The notes under the pieces: model-generated | Database searches by the model: none | Seen by the model: the letters and a program-made list of their open reading frames with translations, nothing else | What the model was told of the DNA's origin: nothing | Source of the DNA: a virus | DNA: 42,879 nucleotides | Direction: 5' to 3' (one strand) | UHGV virus genome: UHGV-0301147 | In this document: piece by piece, positions 37,131 to 42,879 of the stretch | Layout: every line of letters begins with the position of its first letter | Numbering within the stretch: the stretch's first letter is position 1 | Position numbers and translations under genes: made by a program

Positions 37131-37930
37131 ACCCCAAATACTAACTTTTGTTATAAAACATCTTGCACATAAAATTACCTTTAGTTATATTCATTCCATC
37201 AACAACGCTTACCCAGCGGCAGTTGTTCAGAAACACGTTCTGACAGCCGGAAAGACGGCACCAAATTTTGCGCGTCGGCGCCAACACGGTGACAGAGGGA
37301 AAGACTTCACCGGCATATGGCACATGTGTCGAAGCGGTCTGGATGGAAGCGGAGCCTTAACGCGTTGTCTCCATAGCAGGTAGCCGGAATGTGCAAGCCA
37401 CAGCCAGGTATGAGCGATTGATTCACCATCAAGGCGATACGGTGTGACCACCAGGGAAGAGTCCTGGCTACAACACGAGAGCGCACTTCATCGACTCAAC
37501 TTTGAGCTTTGTCGTTAAATTTTGAAATGGCGGAGTGCGCTCCCGGTTGTGGTGAACAGGTGTTTAACGGGAACTCCCTGCCCGTTACCCGGTTCGATTC
37601 CGGGCGCCCATCATCAATTTGCTGTGTTTAGTCTTTGCCCAGTCCGCACGATGGGCCATTTTTTCACACAGCCAGGTTTTATCGCTGTGCCTGAGTCCCC
37701 AACAGGAGAGGCCAAACCCGCAGCGTGACACCAGGGAAAGACCGGAGGAAGTACCACGCCTGACCAGCGTTGACCATGAGCCTGACCAGCTCAAAACAGG
37801 AAAGACCAGCCCTGTACGGTCGTAATGGAAACATAACGACGCCGGAAACGTAACCGGCACCCTTTAGATAGCAAAAGACCCGCACAAGGCGGGCCAGTTA
37901 CCCCGAACGGCGACCAAACCATTCGGATTT

Positions 37931-37954
37931 ATCACAAGTGACCAAACTTGTGAT
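37931..37954. promoter_or_regulatory. Inverted repeat (operator- or hairpin-like) upstream of the early-left operon
   Basis: ATCACAAG-tgaccaaa-CTTGTGAT, 8-bp arms with 8-bp spacer. Confidence 0.35.
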
Positions 37955-38038
37955 GAGGAAAGACCAACGACACTGACGCTATGGAAGCTGATCAATATTC
38001 GCTGATCGGCTCTGAGTATACATTACCAAGGAGTCGCT

Positions 38039-38359
38039 ATGGAAGCGCGCACCATCCCAGTAACACTCTTTATTCATTATGCAACTTCAACTTTCAGCCA
38101 CGAAAAGCTGCTTGTTGCGACGGTTGATATGTCAAAAAATTTTCCAGACAGGTACATCCTTCTGGAAAGCCGCGAAATTGAAATTACCGTCAACCAGCCC
38201 CAGCCAATCGACATCATCGGTTTACAGGTCGAGCAGCTGCATGAGCAAAAACAGAAAACAGCCGCCGACGCCCAACAGCGTATTGCTGCTATCGATGACG
38301 AAATCCAGCAGTTACTTTGCATCGAATACACGCCAGATACCGATGAAATCCCCTACTAA
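38039..38359 (+). CDS. Hypothetical protein (first gene of the plus-strand early-left operon)
   Basis: 106-aa ORF with SD AAGGAG; no family recognised. Confidence 0.5.
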   Translation: MEARTIPVTLFIHYATSTFSHEKLLVATVDMSKNFPDRYILLESREIEITVNQPQPIDIIGLQVEQLHEQKQKTAADAQQRIAAIDDEIQQLLCIEYTPDTDEIPY

Positions 38360-38389
38360 AGACCACTGACCTGTAATGAGGAAAGACCA

Positions 38390-40606
38390 ATGACCATTTT
38401 TAACGGCTTGTTAGAAGCGAAAAAAGGCGCGCTCAAAAACGGTGCGATCCCGGCGCTGGCCATCGCCATCGACGCCCCTAACAAAAAAGTTGCCGAGAAC
38501 ATCATCATCGGCAAATTGTGGGAAGCCTACCCTGACCACGGCGACAACTATTTCAAACCTAAAATCTGGGAGGATGCCCCAGGCCAACCGCGCCCAGGCG
38601 TCGGTGAGTTTGATGAGACGTTTGCCACAGAACACAGTTTTGATGGCGAAAAATGGGTAGTTAACCCCCCCGCTGATTCAGATAGCGGTTCAGCAGATAT
38701 CGCACAGGTTAACGACCTGATGAAACTGCCTGCTCGTGAACGCTTCGCCGCCGTCCTGCTGTTCAGCCACGACGCCAACGAAGTCGACAGTGAATTGCTT
38801 GCGCAGACGCGTGAATACCTGGAGATGCTCGACAACAGTGATACTAACAGTGAGGATGAGGTTGACGCGTTTAACCGCATCGTCCTCGATGCCATGGTAG
38901 CGTGTAAGCCCATTGAGTACATGCATATTGCTGGATTGAATAATCTGGTACATGCAATTTTGGCAAGTTGCGATACCCAGGAACAAAACCCGACCAGTTG
39001 GACTATCTCCAAATTTATAAAAAAATGGGTAGAGAATCCCGGTAAACGCGATGAAATGCTGCCGGAGGTAAAACCACAAACAGCATCCGCACGTCCTTAC
39101 CAACAGACTCACGCCACACTGGATCGTGAAATTGCCTGCGCCCTGTTACCTGTTGCCCCGGAAAAAATCACCCCCAGCATCCTGAAAGCGGCAGACGAAA
39201 TAATCAGTCAGGACAGGGAAGATTTTAAACGCTGGTCAATGGCCTTGCGCACAACGGATCAGATCCTTGCCTATGACCGCGCATCAGTATTCGGTGTTAT
39301 TCAGAGCGCCCCCGCAAAAGACACGTACCACTTCCCACAATCCCTGCGCAGTCACATCGACAACTGGCTGCAAGCTAACGGGCAGCGTGATGCAAATGCT
39401 GTTGAAGAGAAGCCAAAGGAAGCAGCACCAAAGGATGATGTAAAAGTCACCAACCACGGCGGCGGACGATTCTCAATTGATGGGATGATGTCAGAAACAC
39501 CCTCAAATCAGGGCGAAAAAAGCGAAGCAGCAAATGCTGGAGAACGTAGTTTGCAGCAGTTGCGTGAGCAGTTTGTCACGCCTCGCCATGTGTATGACGT
39601 ACCTGAAAATAACGCCGTATCACAGAGGGAACCTGCAGCTATTACCCCGGCAGAAGAGACTCCTCCACAAGAACAACTTAGCGAGCAGGTAAAGGATCTG
39701 GTGCAGAACGTTGACGCGCTGGTTGAGCGGATCCATACCGAAGAGTACAAGCGGCAGAATGCAATCTCAGCTATCGAAACGGAGTTAAAGGACTCCGACG
39801 ACACGGATAATCTGGCATTGTGGAAGAACGTATTCAAAACCGATGAGCGCTTCACCAGTGCTTTCTCTCAGAATGGCGGCGGCACATCCATCAACGGCAC
39901 TTATATAGCGATGAAAGCGACTCGCGAATTTGGGCCGTTTGGTATTGGCTGGGGTGTAGAGGTGCTGGAGGAGCGCTTTGATAAAGGCGCACCGATAGTT
40001 CGCAAAAAACAGGTTGGTGAAAAAATAGAATGGGATCTGATTCACGACGGTGTTGGCGGGTACCTATGTGAAATGCACCACACCATGAAAGTGAGAGTCT
40101 GGTACATATTGAATGGGGTGCGCGGCGAGTCTGCGGCTTACGGTTGCACTCCGTACATCTACGATACTAGACATGGACCAACAAGCGACGGCGAAGCGCC
40201 GAAGAAATCCTGGACGGATGCTGTTAAGAAAGCGCTATCCCCTCTCGGATTCAGCGCCGATATTTTCATGGGCCTGTACGACAATCCGGAATACCGCCAG
40301 AGGAATAAAGCTGAGTTTGATATCAAGAATGCCAGCGAGAATGCGGAAGATGCTACCCGTCTTCGTAAGGAACTGGATGAGAAGCTGATCAACGTTGCCA
40401 ATACGCTGGCCGCCGCGGTAACCACCAACGAAGTAAACAAGGTATTTGGCCTCATCGCCCGCGAAGTGGATGTACACCGAAAAGCAGCAGAAGCCAAAGG
40501 CGATAAAGAATATTCATCGTATCTGGGATCGCGCCTGCGCCGTATCACCGACATCAAAACTGAACGCCTCGCCACCCTCACCGCTGCACAGGAGCAAACC
40601 GCATGA
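38390..40606 (+). CDS. Rad52-like single-strand annealing protein with a ~450-aa N-terminal extension of unknown function
   Basis: 738-aa ORF; C-terminal third carries Rad52/Sak-type motifs (GPFGIGWG ... KKSWTDAVKKALSPLGFSADIFMGLYD). Confidence 0.65.
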   Translation: MTIFNGLLEAKKGALKNGAIPALAIAIDAPNKKVAENIIIGKLWEAYPDHGDNYFKPKIWEDAPGQPRPGVGEFDETFATEHSFDGEKWVVNPPADSDSGSADIAQVNDLMKLPARERFAAVLLFSHDANEVDSELLAQTREYLEMLDNSDTNSEDEVDAFNRIVLDAMVACKPIEYMHIAGLNNLVHAILASCDTQEQNPTSWTISKFIKKWVENPGKRDEMLPEVKPQTASARPYQQTHATLDREIACALLPVAPEKITPSILKAADEIISQDREDFKRWSMALRTTDQILAYDRASVFGVIQSAPAKDTYHFPQSLRSHIDNWLQANGQRDANAVEEKPKEAAPKDDVKVTNHGGGRFSIDGMMSETPSNQGEKSEAANAGERSLQQLREQFVTPRHVYDVPENNAVSQREPAAITPAEETPPQEQLSEQVKDLVQNVDALVERIHTEEYKRQNAISAIETELKDSDDTDNLALWKNVFKTDERFTSAFSQNGGGTSINGTYIAMKATREFGPFGIGWGVEVLEERFDKGAPIVRKKQVGEKIEWDLIHDGVGGYLCEMHHTMKVRVWYILNGVRGESAAYGCTPYIYDTRHGPTSDGEAPKKSWTDAVKKALSPLGFSADIFMGLYDNPEYRQRNKAEFDIKNASENAEDATRLRKELDEKLINVANTLAAAVTTNEVNKVFGLIAREVDVHRKAAEAKGDKEYSSYLGSRLRRITDIKTERLATLTAAQEQTA

Positions 40607-41172
40607 GCACCGCTATCGCTATTGCAAAAGAATATGCCAGCCTGATTGACCTGCTGGAAACCTCCGACGAACTGACGCCAGAGATGATCGCCGACACGCT
40701 TGAAGGTATGGAAGGAGAACTGGGAGACAAACTGGACGCCATGATGGTCATCTGCCGCAATTTACAGGGCAATGCCAGTACCTGCGCTGAAGAAATGTCT
40801 CGCCTGGCTACCCGTAAGACGTCCTTTGAAGGCAAGGAAAAAGCAATTCGGAAGCATATGCTCGCCTGCCTGCAAGCTGCTGGCCTGGATAAATTGAAAA
40901 CTGCTAAAAACACATTTACTGATGCACAGGGGGCTATCCGGGTAATTATCGATAGCAAAGATAAGATCCCGGACGAGTATGAAGGCGTGTCACTTGTTGA
41001 AGTAGAAACGGTTATTACACCAAACAAGCGAGCCATTAAAGAAGTGATTGAATCTGCGGAGGCGGTTGCCGCAGAAATAATGGCGCGTGGAGAAACACCA
41101 CCTGCCGAATTACTTAACCCGGTACCAGGCGCACATCTGGAACGCGGCGAACGTTCGCTGAGGGTACGCTAA
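40603..41172 (+). CDS. Gp157-family protein (recombination-associated)
   Basis: 189-aa ORF overlapping the upstream stop; N-terminus EYASLIDLLETSDELTPEMIADTLEGMEGE and IPDEYEG match recalled Sipho_Gp157 features. Confidence 0.65.
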   Translation: MSTAIAIAKEYASLIDLLETSDELTPEMIADTLEGMEGELGDKLDAMMVICRNLQGNASTCAEEMSRLATRKTSFEGKEKAIRKHMLACLQAAGLDKLKTAKNTFTDAQGAIRVIIDSKDKIPDEYEGVSLVEVETVITPNKRAIKEVIESAEAVAAEIMARGETPPAELLNPVPGAHLERGERSLRVR

Positions 41173-41354
41173 TGCTTAAACTCACATTAAAGCGTGGTGA
41201 CGCGGTTCACCTGGTACTTGCCGATGGTACCAATGGCATTATTGAAGCACGGAGCCGCTGCGAACTTGGGCTACACCTGCCAGAAAACATTAAGGTCACG
41301 CGGGAGAAATCGGCATTCCCCCCACCAGAACTGATTACGCCTAATCAGAAATAA
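41172..41354 (+). CDS. Hypothetical protein
   Basis: 60-aa ORF whose ATG overlaps the upstream stop (TAATG). Confidence 0.4.
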   Translation: MLKLTLKRGDAVHLVLADGTNGIIEARSRCELGLHLPENIKVTREKSAFPPPELITPNQK

Positions 41355-41403
41355 AAACTCACCATCGCTAGCATTACGATTCACCAGTAACCGGAGGATC
41401 ACA

Positions 41404-41628
41404 ATGCTGCGATGGCAACCGGGAGCAACTCTGCTCTCCGCATTTGATATCAAAATTGGCCGACTCTCGGCCAGCGTCAGGAAACAGACTTTGACCGAGT
41501 CTGATATTGCCCGTGCCTGCAAGGCGGCAGATGACGCAATAAGCTACATAATGAGGAAAGACCATGAGAAGCGATCACGACATAATCACCAGAGAAGAAA
41601 TGGTCGAGCTGACGGGAAGCCCACTTAA
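41404..41628 (+). CDS. Hypothetical protein
   Basis: 74-aa ORF with SD GGAGGA; overlaps the next gene out of frame. Confidence 0.35.
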   Translation: MLRWQPGATLLSAFDIKIGRLSASVRKQTLTESDIARACKAADDAISYIMRKDHEKRSRHNHQRRNGRADGKPT

Positions 41629-41827
41629 ATCAAAGCAATGTGAGGCTCTTCGCCGGGCTGGAATTTTCTTCATGGAAAGGGCTGACGGGCACCCAAAAAC
41701 AACCTGGGGCCATTTCATGAACCCAATAAAATTTCGCAATTTACAGGAGGTGACGACGCGAAAAGATGATGAACCTGATTTTGGAGCAATATTTAATGGC
41801 CGGAAAGAGAAAGAACCCAGCAGATAA
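41564..41827 (+). CDS. Excisionase-like protein (DUF4224 family)
   Basis: 87-aa ORF immediately upstream of and overlapping the integrase gene; MVELTGSPLKSKQCEALRRAGIFFMERADGHPKTTW resembles DUF4224. Confidence 0.6.
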   Translation: MRSDHDIITREEMVELTGSPLKSKQCEALRRAGIFFMERADGHPKTTWGHFMNPIKFRNLQEVTTRKDDEPDFGAIFNGRKEKEPSR

Positions 41828-42812
41828 CTGGATGCCGCCTCGTGTTTACCAGGGCAAAGCGGCCTACGAATTCAGGAATAAAGATAACAAAGCGATACGC
41901 CTGTGCGCATTGGATGCGCCACGATCAGCCGTATGGCTGGCATATGAAAAAGCGGTCGGTGACGAAAAAGAAAGAAATACTTTTCAGGCGCTCGCGGAAC
42001 AATTCATGACCTCCCCTGATTTTATGGATTTGGCAGTCGAAACCAGGAAAGACTACACAAAATATTCCGGAAAAGTTCTGCCTGTCTTCGGGAAGATCGA
42101 CCCGGATAAAATCAAACCTGAACATATTCGGCGCTATATGGATCAACGCGGTTTATCAAGCCGAACTCAGGCAAACAGGGAAAAAAGCTTTATGTCCAGG
42201 GTATTCCGTTGGGGTTATGAACGAGGTTATGTCCAGAGGAATCCTTGTCAGGGAGTTAAGCAGTTTAAAGAGACAGCACGCGAACGTTATATTACGGATG
42301 AAGAATATCAGGCCGTTTATGAAGTATCTCCTGATGTTGTTCGCGTGGCAATGGAGATTGCCTACTTATGCGTGGCCAGACAGAGTGATGTACTTTCATT
42401 GCAGAAAGACCAGCTGTTCGATTCCGGGATCTACATTCGTCAGGGAAAAACCGGCGTTAAGCAAATCAAAGCCTGGTCGCCTCGTCTGCAGAAAGCGATA
42501 GCTCTGGCTCGTTCTCTACCATTAAAACCGGGAATCAGTAGCCTGTTTGTGATTCATCAAACTACCGGAGGCAAGTACACCCGTGATGGTTTTAACTCTC
42601 GTTGGCGTGATGTCAAAGCGGCAGCACAGGAAAAATATCCTCATCTGCAAATAGACTTCACATTTCATGATCTGAAAGCAAAAGGTATCTCTGATCTGGA
42701 AGGCAGCCTGGAAGAGAAGCAAGCAATTTCCGGGCATAAGAACCCACGACAGACAGCAGCATATGACCGAAAAGTTAAAGTAGTGCCCGTAGTTGGTGGC
42801 CAGAGAAAATGA
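41766..42812 (+). CDS. int: Tyrosine integrase (lambda Int family)
   Basis: 348-aa ORF at the prophage end; QGKTGVKQIKAWSP and C-terminal HDLKA ... Y resemble lambda Int; true start probably an internal Met. Confidence 0.9.
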   Translation: MMNLILEQYLMAGKRKNPADNWMPPRVYQGKAAYEFRNKDNKAIRLCALDAPRSAVWLAYEKAVGDEKERNTFQALAEQFMTSPDFMDLAVETRKDYTKYSGKVLPVFGKIDPDKIKPEHIRRYMDQRGLSSRTQANREKSFMSRVFRWGYERGYVQRNPCQGVKQFKETARERYITDEEYQAVYEVSPDVVRVAMEIAYLCVARQSDVLSLQKDQLFDSGIYIRQGKTGVKQIKAWSPRLQKAIALARSLPLKPGISSLFVIHQTTGGKYTRDGFNSRWRDVKAAAQEKYPHLQIDFTFHDLKAKGISDLEGSLEEKQAISGHKNPRQTAAYDRKVKVVPVVGGQRK

Positions 42813-42879
42813 ATGATGATGCGTCCAGAGAAAAATCATCTTCGGACGCATCTTCGGAAATGAAAAAGAAGATACAAAA

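Larger units (their letters stand above)
37249..38387 (+). repeat. Dispersed same-orientation GGAAAGAC motif copies (6 exact plus 1 variant) across the non-coding stretch and first early-left gene
   Basis: Exact GGAAAGAC at 37249, 37298, 37735, 37799, 37957, 38380, variant GGGAAGAG at 37455, and another exact copy at 41555 before the Xis-like gene. Confidence 0.6.
120..42879. mobile_element. Integrated temperate prophage (lambda-like head and early regions, P2-like contractile tail); right boundary beyond window
   Basis: Contiguous phage gene set from tail gene D to integrase, flanked on the left by a partial tRNA core; the second att copy is not visible within 42813-42879. Confidence 0.85.

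Noticed and set aside
37588-37612. tRNA-like T-arm (CCCGG-TTCGATT-CCGGG) in the non-coding stretch
   Set aside because: The T-arm is convincing but I could not fold an acceptor stem, anticodon arm or CCA end around it, so it is not called as a tRNA; it may be a degenerate fragment.
37117-37885. Several 60-90-aa ORFs on both strands in the non-coding stretch
   Set aside because: Mutually overlapping, Pro/Arg/Cys/Trp-rich, no ribosome-binding sites; the first starts inside the repressor terminator.
1-42879. CRISPR array
   Set aside because: No regularly spaced direct repeats with unique spacers seen; the only repeat clusters are the ori iterons and the dispersed GGAAAGAC motifs.

Overview
The window is almost entirely one integrated temperate prophage (about 42.7 kb, ~120 to beyond the right edge) of Enterobacteriaceae type, inserted next to the 3' part of a tRNA-Leu(UAA) gene (65-119, minus strand). 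The virion module is mosaic: lambda-like packaging and head genes (small and large terminase, gpW, portal, S49 protease/scaffold, decoration gpD, major capsid gpE, gpFI) are followed by a P2-like contractile tail module in canonical P2 order (R/S-like, V, W, J, I, H, G, sheath, tube, E/E', tape measure, U, X, D), all on the minus strand (926-20048). Next come a lysis cassette (20722-22058), a Q-like/YbcO/YbcN late-regulation block (22474-23728), and a low-GC, mixed-orientation accessory island (~23.8-30.45 kb). Then follow an antirepressor, a replication module (DnaB-type helicase, O-like initiator with internal iterons), a Cro-like/CI-like immunity switch (36413-37092), a ~0.9 kb non-coding stretch, a plus-strand early-left operon (Rad52-like annealing protein, Gp157-like protein, Xis-like protein) and a lambda-type tyrosine integrase at the right edge (41766-42812). 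The best candidates for an undescribed system lie in the accessory island: an ImmA/IrrE-type metallopeptidase plus membrane-protein operon, a T5orf172 (GIY-YIG-like) protein with two unknown neighbours, and an SOS-box/structured-RNA locus. A 72-bp duplicated gene end brackets the cassette. All protein calls rest on reading the supplied translations and on recalled family signatures; no database search was run.
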